Part shown: piece by piece, positions 1 through 8,037 of the stretch | Numbering within the stretch: position 1 is the first letter of the stretch | How the letters are laid out: every line of letters starts with the position of its first letter | Assembly (NCBI GenBank): GCA_004298385.1 | Contig: SCTX01000133.1 | Location: 3,672-67,671 of the forward strand | Source: Betaproteobacteria bacterium | GTDB lineage: Bacteria > Pseudomonadota > Gammaproteobacteria > Burkholderiales > SG8-39 | Direction: 5' to 3' | Length of the DNA: 64,000 bases | Notes under the pieces: generated by a model | What the model was told of the DNA's origin: nothing | Seen by the model: only the letters and a program-made list of their open reading frames with translations | Databases searched by the model: none | Program-made: the position numbers and the translations under genes

Positions 1-1
1 C

Positions 2-604
2 AAGGCCATCGGCCTGGCCGATTACGGCAAGCCGGGCAATTATTTCGCGCGCCAGATCGGGCGCTGGAGCAAGCAGTACCAGACCTCCGAGATCGAAAAG
101 GTCGAGGCGATGGACAATCTCATCGCCTGGCTGCCGAACAACATTCCCGCCGGCGACGAAACCGCGATCGTGCACGGCGATTACCGCCTCGACAATCTGA
201 TCTTCCACCCGAGCGAGCCGCGGATTCTCGCCATCCTCGACTGGGAGCTCTCCACCCTGGGGCATCCGCTGGCGGACATTTCCTATCACTGCATGAGCTG
301 GCGCATTCCGCCGGGCCAGTTCCGCGGCGTCGGCGGGCTCGACCTCAAGGCGCTGGGGATACCGACGGAGCAGGAATACGTCGCCGCCTACTGCAGGCGC
401 ACCGGGCGCGAGCGCATCGACAATTGGGATTTCTATCTCGCCTACAATATGTTCCGCATGGCCGCGATCCTGCAGGGCATCATGAAACGCGCGGTGGACG
501 GCACCGCGGCCAGCGCGCATGCGCTCGATGCCGGCAAGCGCGCGCGGCCCATGGCGGAAATGGGCTGGAGCTACGCGCAAAAAGTCATCGCGGCCGGAAA
601 CTAA
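2..604 (+). CDS. APH-fold phosphotransferase family protein (5' end outside the window)
   Basis: The frame is open from nt 2, with no stop before the first ATG at 110. Kinase motifs HGDYRLDNLIF and ILDWELSTLGHP are present. It lies directly upstream of an acyl-CoA dehydrogenase, the split form of the ACAD10/11 arrangement. Confidence 0.8.
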   Translation, partial: KAIGLADYGKPGNYFARQIGRWSKQYQTSEIEKVEAMDNLIAWLPNNIPAGDETAIVHGDYRLDNLIFHPSEPRILAILDWELSTLGHPLADISYHCMSWRIPPGQFRGVGGLDLKALGIPTEQEYVAAYCRRTGRERIDNWDFYLAYNMFRMAAILQGIMKRAVDGTAASAHALDAGKRARPMAEMGWSYAQKVIAAGN

Positions 605-646
605 CCCGGCTGCGTCCGCTTATCTTCATTCTACGAAAGGCAGGCC

Positions 647-1891
647 ATGGATTTCGCATATACCGACAAGGTCAAGGCCATGCAGGCCAAGCTCCTCGCG
701 TTCATGGATGAACATATCTATCCGAACGAGCATCGCTTCCACCAGGAAGTGCTGGAAAACCGGCGCAAGGGAAACCCGTGGATACCGACCGGGATCATCG
801 AGGAGTTGAAGCCCAAGGCGCGCGCTGCCGGCCTGTGGAACCTGTTCCTGCCGCATTCGAAACGCGCTCCCCAGGGCCTGTCCAACCTCGAGTACGCGCC
901 CTTGTGCGAGATCATGGGCCGGGTAAGTTTCGCGCCGGAGGTTTTCAATTCCTCGGCGCCCGACACCGGCAACATGGAGACCCTCGAGCGCTACGGCAGC
1001 GAGGAACACAAGCGCGCGTGGCTCGAACCACTGCTGCGCGGCGAGATGCGCTCGGCTTTTCTCATGACCGAGCCCGACGTCGCCTCGAGCGACGCCACCA
1101 ACATCCAGTGCCGCATCGAGAAGAAGGGCGACGAATACGTCATCAACGGACGCAAGTGGTGGACTTCCGGCGGCGGCGACCCGCGTTGCAAGTTGTACAT
1201 CGTCATGGGCAGGACCAACCCGGACGCGCCAAGGCACAGCCAGCAGTCCATTATTCTGGTGCCGCACGACGCGCCCGGAGTCAAGGTTCTGCGCCCGCTG
1301 ACGGTGTTCGGCTACGACGACGCGCCGCACGGCCACATGGAAATCGAGTTGAAGAACGTGCGCGTGCCGGCATCGAACATTCTCCTTGGCGAAGGCCGCG
1401 GCTTCGAGATCGCGCAAGGGCGCCTGGGGCCGGGCCGCATCCACCATTGCATGCGCCTGATCGGCGTGGCCGAACGCGCGCTCGAACTTATGTGCAAGCG
1501 TTCCTTGTCGCGGGTTGCATTCGGCCGGACCATCGCCGAGCAGGGCGTGACGCGCGAGCGCATCGCCCAGGCGCGCATCATGATCGACTCGGCGCGCTGG
1601 CTGGTGCTCAACGCCGCCTATATGATGGACACCGCGGGCAACAAGGTGGCCAAGGCCGAGATCGCCATGATCAAGGTGCTCGCGCCCAACATGACCCTGC
1701 AGGTGATCGACTGGGCGATGCAGGCGCACGGCGCCGCCGGCGTCTCCGACGACTTCCCGCTGGCGATGATGTACGCGCATTCGCGCACCCTGCGCTTTGC
1801 CGACGGCCCGGATGAAGTGCACCGCAACGCCATCGCCAAGCTGGAACTGGCGAAGCACATGAGCATGCCCAAGTCGGCCAAAACGGCCTGA
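647..1891 (+). CDS. Acyl-CoA dehydrogenase
   Basis: 414-aa ORF. ACAD-like sequence throughout ([37 protein letters not shown]). Shadow ORFs on the other strand and frames are ignored. Confidence 0.9.
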   Translation: MDFAYTDKVKAMQAKLLAFMDEHIYPNEHRFHQEVLENRRKGNPWIPTGIIEELKPKARAAGLWNLFLPHSKRAPQGLSNLEYAPLCEIMGRVSFAPEVFNSSAPDTGNMETLERYGSEEHKRAWLEPLLRGEMRSAFLMTEPDVASSDATNIQCRIEKKGDEYVINGRKWWTSGGGDPRCKLYIVMGRTNPDAPRHSQQSIILVPHDAPGVKVLRPLTVFGYDDAPHGHMEIELKNVRVPASNILLGEGRGFEIAQGRLGPGRIHHCMRLIGVAERALELMCKRSLSRVAFGRTIAEQGVTRERIAQARIMIDSARWLVLNAAYMMDTAGNKVAKAEIAMIKVLAPNMTLQVIDWAMQAHGAAGVSDDFPLAMMYAHSRTLRFADGPDEVHRNAIAKLELAKHMSMPKSAKTA

Positions 1892-1999
1892 GGGGAGACC
1901 GGCCTGAGGGGGCCGTCACGGCGGTCTCGTGACAGCCCCCGGTTCAGGGGAGCGCGAGGAGAGGAATACCCTCGTTTTATTACGAATTACAAGGAGCCG

Positions 2000-2662
2000 A
2001 TGATGTTGAAGCTGGGCGGATTTGCAGTCAGCAATTATTACAACAAGGTCAAGGTGGCGCTGCTGGAAAAGGGCATCGCGTTCGAGGAGGCGTTCTGCAT
2101 GACCTCGCAGGACGAGGCTTTCCTGAAGCGCTCGCCCATGGGCAAGGTGCCCTACCTTGAAATCGACGGCCAGTTTCTGTGCGAGTCGCAGGTGATATGC
2201 GAATACCTCGAAGACAGGTATCCGGAAAAGCCGCTCTACCCGAAACACGCGCTCGAACGCGCGCGGGTGCGCGAACTCATCGGGATCATGGAGTTATACA
2301 TGGACATGGTTGCGCGCCGCGTGTATGCGCAGGCCTTCTTCGGCGGCACGGTCTCGGACGAGATCAAGAAGCAGGTGGAGCAGGACCTGGCCAAGGGCGT
2401 GCGCGCGTTCAAGCAGTTGGCTAAGTTCTCGCCCTTCGTCGCCGGCGCGAACCTCAGCTACGCCGACTGCGCCGCGGGCGTGCATCTGCCGCTGGTATCG
2501 CTCTCGACTAAGATCGTCTACGGCCGCGACGCGCTCGAGGATTGCGCCCCGGTGAAGCCCTACCTGAAGATGCTGAACGAGCGCCCGGCGTTCAAGAAAA
2601 TGAACGACGAGCGCAAGGCCGCCAGCGAGGCCATGGCGGCGGCGCGGGCGAAAAAGGGGTAG
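2000..2662 (+). CDS. Glutathione S-transferase
   Basis: 220 aa. The N-terminal thioredoxin-like GST motif MGKVPYLEIDGQFLCESQVICEYLE is present. The start could be 2000 or 2003. Confidence 0.85.
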   Translation: MMLKLGGFAVSNYYNKVKVALLEKGIAFEEAFCMTSQDEAFLKRSPMGKVPYLEIDGQFLCESQVICEYLEDRYPEKPLYPKHALERARVRELIGIMELYMDMVARRVYAQAFFGGTVSDEIKKQVEQDLAKGVRAFKQLAKFSPFVAGANLSYADCAAGVHLPLVSLSTKIVYGRDALEDCAPVKPYLKMLNERPAFKKMNDERKAASEAMAAARAKKG

Positions 2663-2695
2663 GGGCGGAGGCGAAGTGGTTGCCTGTCAATTTGC

Positions 2696-2728
2696 GGTGC
2701 CCGGGTTCGAGCCCTGGTCGGGGAGCCA
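2696..2728 (+). repeat. tRNA 3'-end-like fragment (T-arm, acceptor 3' strand, CCA); left copy of an imperfect direct repeat
   Basis: GGTGC CCGGG TTCGAGC CCTGG TCGGGGA G CCA folds as a good T-arm with a TTCGAGC loop. No matching 5' acceptor or anticodon arm lies upstream. It is related to 3745-3776. Confidence 0.5.
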
Positions 2729-2848
2729 GAGCCAGCATGGAGACGGTGTCGCTCGGGGTGTCTTGCAAAGACTTCTTGAAGCGCGTTTCCTCCTATCTGC
2801 GCTCCCGCGGGCTTGAGCCAGTGAAGCTACCGCATGGGCGCTGAGCCG

Positions 2849-3244
2849 CTAGGCCGCCGCCAGTTCGTCATCACGCCGTTTGCGCGGCACCTTCGGTTTC
2901 TTGATGATGGACGCGGCTCGTGCTTGAGTCATGCCGCGCGGCATGGTTGCAGCGACAGCAGGTGCAGCATGCAGCCTCACCCCGAGTGCATGAACTACCT
3001 TGAGAATGGTTGCGAAGCTTGGATTTCCTTCACCGGATAGCGCCTTGTAGAGGCTTTCGCGCCCGATGCCCGTATCGCGGGCAAGTTGCGTCATGCCCCT
3101 GGCACGCGCGATGTCCCCTAGTATTTTGGCGATAAAGGCCGCGTCGTCGCCAGCCTCTTCCATGGCCGCTTCAAGATATAGAGCCATGTCTTCATCAGTC
3201 TTCAAGTGCTCAACCACGTCCCATTTGCGCAGTTTCAATGCCAT
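2849..3244 (-). CDS. HigA-like addiction-module antidote protein (HTH)
   Basis: The N-terminal ~95 aa match the 'addiction module antidote' family (DEDMALYLEAAMEE..., GMTQLARDTGIGRESLYKALSGEGNPSFATILKV). A ~35-aa basic C-terminal extension follows. It sits 10 nt downstream of the toxin gene. Confidence 0.85.
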   Translation of the reverse strand: MALKLRKWDVVEHLKTDEDMALYLEAAMEEAGDDAAFIAKILGDIARARGMTQLARDTGIGRESLYKALSGEGNPSFATILKVVHALGVRLHAAPAVAATMPRGMTQARAASIIKKPKVPRKRRDDELAAA

Positions 3245-3253
3245 CGCAATCTC

Positions 3254-3544
3254 CTAAATCTCGCGCGCCAGCTTCAGCGCTTTCTTGATGTCCTTCGCCT
3301 GCGTTCTCTTGTCGCCGCCCGCCAGAAGAATCACAATCTCAATACCGGTCCGCTTGAAATACACACGGTAACCGGGGCCGTAGTGAATACGCATTTCCGA
3401 CACCCCTTCGCCGACCGGCTCGCAATCGCCGAAATTGCCACCCTCGGCGCGTCGCAGACGCACCTTAATAGCGGCCTTGCCGCGCTCATCACGCAGGCCA
3501 TCAAACCAGTTGTCGAAAAGCTCGGTGGTGTGGATCACACCCAT
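3254..3544 (-). CDS. HigB/RelE-like addiction-module killer protein
   Basis: 96 aa. The 'addiction module killer' signature is present (FDNWFDGLRD..., GVSEMRIHYGPGYRVYF, ILLAGGDKRTQAKDI). Toxin-first order is typical of HigBA. Confidence 0.85.
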   Translation of the reverse strand: MGVIHTTELFDNWFDGLRDERGKAAIKVRLRRAEGGNFGDCEPVGEGVSEMRIHYGPGYRVYFKRTGIEIVILLAGGDKRTQAKDIKKALKLAREI

Positions 3545-3573
3545 GGGAAAACTGTATCCTATTTTCTACAACA

Positions 3574-3586
3574 TTGCAAAGTGCAA
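3574..3586. promoter_or_regulatory. Inverted repeat TTGCA-AAG-TGCAA upstream of the HigBA-like operon (candidate autoregulatory operator)
   Basis: 5+5 bp perfect inverted repeat about 30 nt upstream of the toxin start codon, in an AT-richer stretch. Confidence 0.3.
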
Positions 3587-3744
3587 AGAAAACCCCGGTC
3601 GGAGCTGGGCGGGTTTATGCGAACTGGTGCGGCGGATCTGTCAGGATTTTTCCCGACTACGAAATGACGACAGCACGACCATATAGACGGAACCGCACCT
3701 CCTGAGCGCTTGTGGTTAAGCGAGACGGACTTTGATCAGCCAAT

Positions 3745-3776
3745 GGTGCCCGGTTTCGCCCTGACCGGGGAGCCGA
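3745..3776 (+). repeat. Degenerate second copy of the tRNA-3'-end-like repeat
   Basis: GGTGCCCGGTTTCGCCCTGACCGGGGAGCCGA aligns with 2696-2728 at roughly 27 of 33 positions. The two copies bracket the HigBA-like cassette. Confidence 0.4.
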
Positions 3777-3899
3777 CCAGGGCCCGACCCACAGTTAATG
3801 AATCGCCGCTTCAGCTGCGCAAGCCGAAGTGAACATGGAATCGGCGCGGCTGGAGCAAGAGGATGTAGAAAGTACGCTGGTCCCGCCGCGCTCGCGCGG

Positions 3900-4292
3900 T
3901 TAAATCACCGCGACTTCGATGGGAGTGATTGCGCGCGCACGGCGAGCCATCTTTGCGTCGAAGGTGCCGAATCGCTGCGCGCTGCCGATGCTGCTGGCGA
4001 GGTGCAGTGCATCGGCGAAGTCCATCCCTGCCCGATACCATTCGAGGGCCGCGTTAACGCGAACGCTGTCCTCTGCGGCGACCTGCGCCATGCCGAGCAA
4101 TGCGGCGAGGCCCCGCAGGATCGCTGCCCGGTCGAGCCGGTAGCTGAAGCGCAGCACCCACTCGGTTTCAAGAAGCACGCTTTTGGCGATGTAGATCTCG
4201 TTCGCGGCAAAAGCGGCTGCCGCCCGTTTCGCCTGGGCGGGTTCGTCGTTGGTGAGGAGCCTCACCACCAGGTTAGTATCGACCGCGAGCAT
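3900..4292 (-). CDS. vapC: PIN-domain toxin VapC
   Basis: 130 aa. The N-terminal LAVDTNLVVRLL acidic PIN motif and a later D/E pattern are present. It overlaps the upstream antitoxin gene by 20 nt. Confidence 0.85.
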   Translation of the reverse strand: MLAVDTNLVVRLLTNDEPAQAKRAAAAFAANEIYIAKSVLLETEWVLRFSYRLDRAAILRGLAALLGMAQVAAEDSVRVNAALEWYRAGMDFADALHLASSIGSAQRFGTFDAKMARRARAITPIEVAVI

Positions 4293-4539
4293 TTCTTTCC
4301 TGGACGCCGCGGGCGATGGCTTTTTCCATGTCGACGAGGGATTTCGCCTTGCCGCTATAGCCGGTGGATCCGATTACGTCCTGCAAGGTGGTGGATTTGA
4401 AGGGCTTCAACGGCCGGAGCAGGACACCGTCCCCGACCGCCTCCACCGCGAACTCGGTCCCCGGGGGCCAGTTGTGGCCATCCCGGACCGATCTGGGCAG
4501 AATCACCTGCCCCTTCGACGACAGTTTCGTGGTTTCCAT
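4273..4539 (-). CDS. vapB: AbrB/SpoVT-type antitoxin (VapB)
   Basis: METTKLSSKGQVILPRSVRD is a typical SpoVT/AbrB swapped-hairpin N-terminus. I chose the internal ATG at 4539 rather than the ORF-track start at 4620. Confidence 0.75.
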   Translation of the reverse strand: METTKLSSKGQVILPRSVRDGHNWPPGTEFAVEAVGDGVLLRPLKPFKSTTLQDVIGSTGYSGKAKSLVDMEKAIARGVQERNARGRY

Positions 4540-4682
4540 GGCAAGTCTCGATATTAACGGTAAGACGAAAGTAAGACAATCATAGCCGCAGCGGGTGCGA
4601 AAGGCAATCTTTTCCGGCACCGGTTACTTCATCCCGCTTCGGGCAGCCATGGGATCGCGCTCGTCGCGCACCCAGGGGGACG

Positions 4683-5090
4683 CTATTTTTCCGCCGGCAG
4701 GGGCAGCACCGTGCGCGGCCGGCGGTTGTTGTCGGTCGCGACGTAGGTGAGCGTCGCCTCGGTCACCTTGACGATCTCGACGTCCTCGGGATTGCGCTGC
4801 GCGTACACCTCGACGTTGACGGTGATCGAAGTATTGCCCACGCGCACGATCTCGGCGTAGAAAGAGAGCAGGTCGCCGATTTGCACCGGCTGCTTGAACT
4901 GGAACGAATTCACCGCCACCGTGGCGACGCGGCCGCGCGCATGGCGCGCGGCGAGGACGCCGCCGGCGATGTCGACCTGCGACATGATCCAGCCGCCGAA
5001 AATGTCGCCGTGATGGTTGGCGTCCGCGGGCATGGGTATGACCCGCAGCACCGGTTCCTTGCCTTCGGGGAGCGTCACTGGTTCAGCCAT
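4683..5090 (-). CDS. Acyl-CoA thioesterase (hotdog fold, YciA-like)
   Basis: 135 aa. The GDIFGGWIMSQVDIAGG motif is present. Confidence 0.85.
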   Translation of the reverse strand: MAEPVTLPEGKEPVLRVIPMPADANHHGDIFGGWIMSQVDIAGGVLAARHARGRVATVAVNSFQFKQPVQIGDLLSFYAEIVRVGNTSITVNVEVYAQRNPEDVEIVKVTEATLTYVATDNNRRPRTVLPLPAEK

Positions 5091-5484
5091 GGCGGTCGAT
5101 CTTACGCCGAAAATTCTTCAACTCTGCGCGGATCAGCGCGCCTAATTTGAGAAGGATATATGGCTGAGAGCCGCATGGATACTTGGCTTGCGGCATTTGC
5201 GATGCCGTTCGCGCGGGTGTATTGTTCGCCGCTCACTTGAACAAACCCTTGATCGCGGATCCCGCCTTGTCGAGCGCGTCGCCGGCCGATTTCATCAGGC
5301 GATCGAAGCTCACCGCGCCGGTCAGTTTCGCCTTCAGCGCGCCGGCCACTTCTGAGTAGGACGGCGGCGATTTTTCTCATGTTCTTTTCCGAAGAAAGAG
5401 CGGCATGGCGTGAAGCATCAAAGTCGGCGTGGCCGAGGGATTGATGCTCGCATATGATACATTCTCCCGCGCCGCATCTCTGCC

Positions 5485-7677
5485 TCAATAGACATCCAGA
5501 TAGCGGCGGCGATAGGTCTCGATGAGTTTCCAGCGCACGACCGGAAGGCTGCCGGCAAGTTCCAGCGGCAGCGCATAGGTCTTGGCGCGCTCGCGAAAAC
5601 GTATCCTTGCTCCGCGATGCGCCGTTCCGCTGAGCGGTCCGAGGCCGACATGCGAACCGGCCGCCAGCAGTTCGGCCGAGCCATCGGGTTTCTCCAGCAG
5701 GGCCGAGCCTGTATGGATCAGCAGCAGCATAGCCTCGGGCGGCTCGCACTCGCTCGCCGCGTCGAATGTCTGTACTTGCGCGGCCTGTACCAGCCGGTTC
5801 AAGGTCAGTCCGGATACGCCTTCTGCAAACAACGAGTTGCTGCGCAGGACGTCGCATTCCTGGCGCGACTGCACGATGCCGCGGTAGAGCGAATTGCGCA
5901 CCGCGAAATCGCGGTAAATGTCGCGCGGCACGCGCAGCGCCTGCACGAAGCTGATGGCGCGATAGGCCTCCTCCGCGCTGGTGCCGAGCAGCGCGGACAT
6001 CTCGCCGACCATGGAGCCGCCGAACAGCACGTATCCGCCGTTGGCTCTTGCGCTGAGCATTTCGGCGCTTCCGCTCAGGATCAGAAACACGTCGGAAGCG
6101 GCTTGTCCTTCCTTGATCAGCAAGGCCTCCGGATTGAACGTGACGATCTGGTTGTTCATCAGATGCCGGATCCAGTGCATCGGTACGGTCGGAAAATATT
6201 CGCGCAAATAGTCGAACGCGTTCCGGCGCAGTTGATCCGTGGCGCCCTCGATCAGCACATCGACCGTGCCAAACGGCGCGCCGCTGCCGATGGCGCGCTC
6301 CTGCTCGGTCAGCAGACGGTGGGTGTGCGCGAGGACCAGCCGGCGCGACGCATCCCCGTGGAAGTCCGCGGCTGCGCCATGGATCAGGCCGCCACCAATG
6401 TCGATCTTTTTCACGTCGGCCGGTTCGGCATAGTCGCGCTTGGTCTGCGCCAGCCGCTCGGCGCTGATCCCGTCCTCGGCCCCATCGTCGGACAGCATCC
6501 CCTGCAGTACCTCGAATGACGCAATGTCGGCCAGATGCGCATAACTGCGATAGCCACCTTCCCAGAACACGCGGAAGCGGAAACAGGTCGTCTCGACCGG
6601 GTGGGGCGACAGAATCGGCTTTACTTCCAGCCCGTCGATCTCGTTCCATTCGTCGAGCTGCAGATCGCGCACTTCAAAAAAATCGCCGAACTCGATCTCC
6701 GTTTCGCCCAGCATCGCGGCGAGTTTCTTCGCCACCGTCGCGCGCACCATCGGGACGGCAAAATAGCGTATCCGCCGGTCGCTGCACATGAGCTGCGTCA
6801 GACCGGCAAAGTGATCGTCGTGGCAATGCGTCTGGAACACGCCTTCGATTTCGTTCACGCCGATGCCGAGGGCGTCGAGCGAGGCCTGTATGTTCGGGCC
6901 GGCGTCGATCAGATAGACCCGCCCCTGGAACAGCACGACGGTGCTCATCGCCGGCCGGTCGATGTCCCAGCCGTCGCCGTCGCCGCTGTGAACCACGGAA
7001 AAGTAATCGCGCCGCAGCAGATGGCTCTCCATGCGATAGGAACACTCGTAGGTTTGACCCGGCGCGCGGTTGAGGTCGACATCGGCGTGTTCGCCTCGGT
7101 AGGCAATGCGAAACAGGTTGAGCCCGTTCCGGGTTACCGTGACGCCGCCGCCGATATCCTTCGGCGCGTCCTCCAGGTAGATGGGCTGCAGCAACTCCTC
7201 GGTCGGGCGTATGCGGCCGAATGCAAACGCGCGCTTCATCCGCATTAGCTCGCGGGCGAGGGCGGCGGAGACGCCCGCGTCAAGCAGTTCCTGTTCGGAC
7301 TCCAGGCCGTAGTTGCCGCGAAAAATGTACGCCATCTGCGCATCCACCTGCCTGCGCGAACCGATCAGCATCGGCAGCGTGCCGCGGTTGTTCGGGTGAC
7401 CCGGGACGATCAGGCCCTGCATGTAGAGCATCTGCAGCGCGGGGAATTCGGCGTAATTGCAGACGCGCCCGCTCTGGATGGCGAGGTCGGAGAGCAGGAT
7501 CGCGTTCGGGCCGGTCTCGAACTCTATGCCATCGCGCTCGACCGCGGCGATGAACCCTTTCTTGGCCAGGTGTTTGACCGCATCGGCCGGGCAGCCGCAC
7601 AGAATGCGCACATCGGCATCCGCGATCTCGACCCAGTAGATGCCCGTGCTAACGGCGATTTTTCGAATTGCTGCCAT
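5485..7677 (-). CDS. Multidomain protein: unknown N-terminal region, MBL-fold hydrolase, and two cyclic-nucleotide-binding-like domains
   Basis: 730 aa. The MBL metal motif is THCHDDHFAG. The C-terminal CNB-like segment reads FLILSGSAEM...VGEMSALLG, followed by a second, more degenerate copy. Confidence 0.75.
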   Translation of the reverse strand: MAAIRKIAVSTGIYWVEIADADVRILCGCPADAVKHLAKKGFIAAVERDGIEFETGPNAILLSDLAIQSGRVCNYAEFPALQMLYMQGLIVPGHPNNRGTLPMLIGSRRQVDAQMAYIFRGNYGLESEQELLDAGVSAALARELMRMKRAFAFGRIRPTEELLQPIYLEDAPKDIGGGVTVTRNGLNLFRIAYRGEHADVDLNRAPGQTYECSYRMESHLLRRDYFSVVHSGDGDGWDIDRPAMSTVVLFQGRVYLIDAGPNIQASLDALGIGVNEIEGVFQTHCHDDHFAGLTQLMCSDRRIRYFAVPMVRATVAKKLAAMLGETEIEFGDFFEVRDLQLDEWNEIDGLEVKPILSPHPVETTCFRFRVFWEGGYRSYAHLADIASFEVLQGMLSDDGAEDGISAERLAQTKRDYAEPADVKKIDIGGGLIHGAAADFHGDASRRLVLAHTHRLLTEQERAIGSGAPFGTVDVLIEGATDQLRRNAFDYLREYFPTVPMHWIRHLMNNQIVTFNPEALLIKEGQAASDVFLILSGSAEMLSARANGGYVLFGGSMVGEMSALLGTSAEEAYRAISFVQALRVPRDIYRDFAVRNSLYRGIVQSRQECDVLRSNSLFAEGVSGLTLNRLVQAAQVQTFDAASECEPPEAMLLLIHTGSALLEKPDGSAELLAAGSHVGLGPLSGTAHRGARIRFRERAKTYALPLELAGSLPVVRWKLIETYRRRYLDVY

Positions 7678-8037
7678 GAACCTTGCTCAGGCCCTGCACA
7701 AAGTTGCGCCAAGACCATTTATATACCAAAACCGGAAGATGCGACGTGGCAAAGTGCACACTGACCATGGGCGGCCCAGTCCATGTGCCGCTGGTGATCG
7801 CCATTGTCGTCGTCTTGCTCAGGGTTATCAGCGGGCGCAATCCCCTCTGAGCGCGGATCGGCCGCCGCTGCCGGGCCGAGATCGGCCGGCTTGCGGCCGC
7901 GCGCGGCCGATGGGATAAATGCCTAGGGCATATATCGCCCTCGTGTGCGAAAATAAGCCACTCCGCAGTGGCTGTGTCCTTTTGGCGCCGCCCGAGACCG
8001 CAGCCGGATCGACCCTGATTTCTTACCCCACCCCGAT

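Noticed and set aside
2655-2728. Possible complete tRNA gene ending in CCA after the GST gene.
   Set aside because: Only the T-arm, the acceptor 3' strand and CCA fold. No complementary 5' acceptor strand and no acceptable anticodon arm lie upstream. I treat it as a fragment.
5102-6649. Many long ORFs overlap the called genes on the opposite strand or in other frames. Examples: 626-1858(-), 5102-6649(-), 13300-14955(-), 15228-16850(+), 18188-20455(+), 19587-21212(-), 21719-23128(-), 23347-25284(-), 29460-30905(-), 40438-41415(-), 43846-44820(-), and the 5' part of 55103-56704(+).
   Set aside because: They are Arg/Ala/Gly/Pro-rich shadow ORFs typical of GC-rich DNA. Each overlaps a gene with clear family motifs, and none shows recognisable motifs of its own.
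7767-7850. 27-aa hydrophobic ORF (MGGPVHVPLVIAIVVVLLRVISGRNPL) in the divergent spacer before the ABC transporter gene.
   Set aside because: It has no Shine-Dalgarno sequence and no recognisable family, and it could arise by chance. It may merit a check only if ribosome-profiling data exist.
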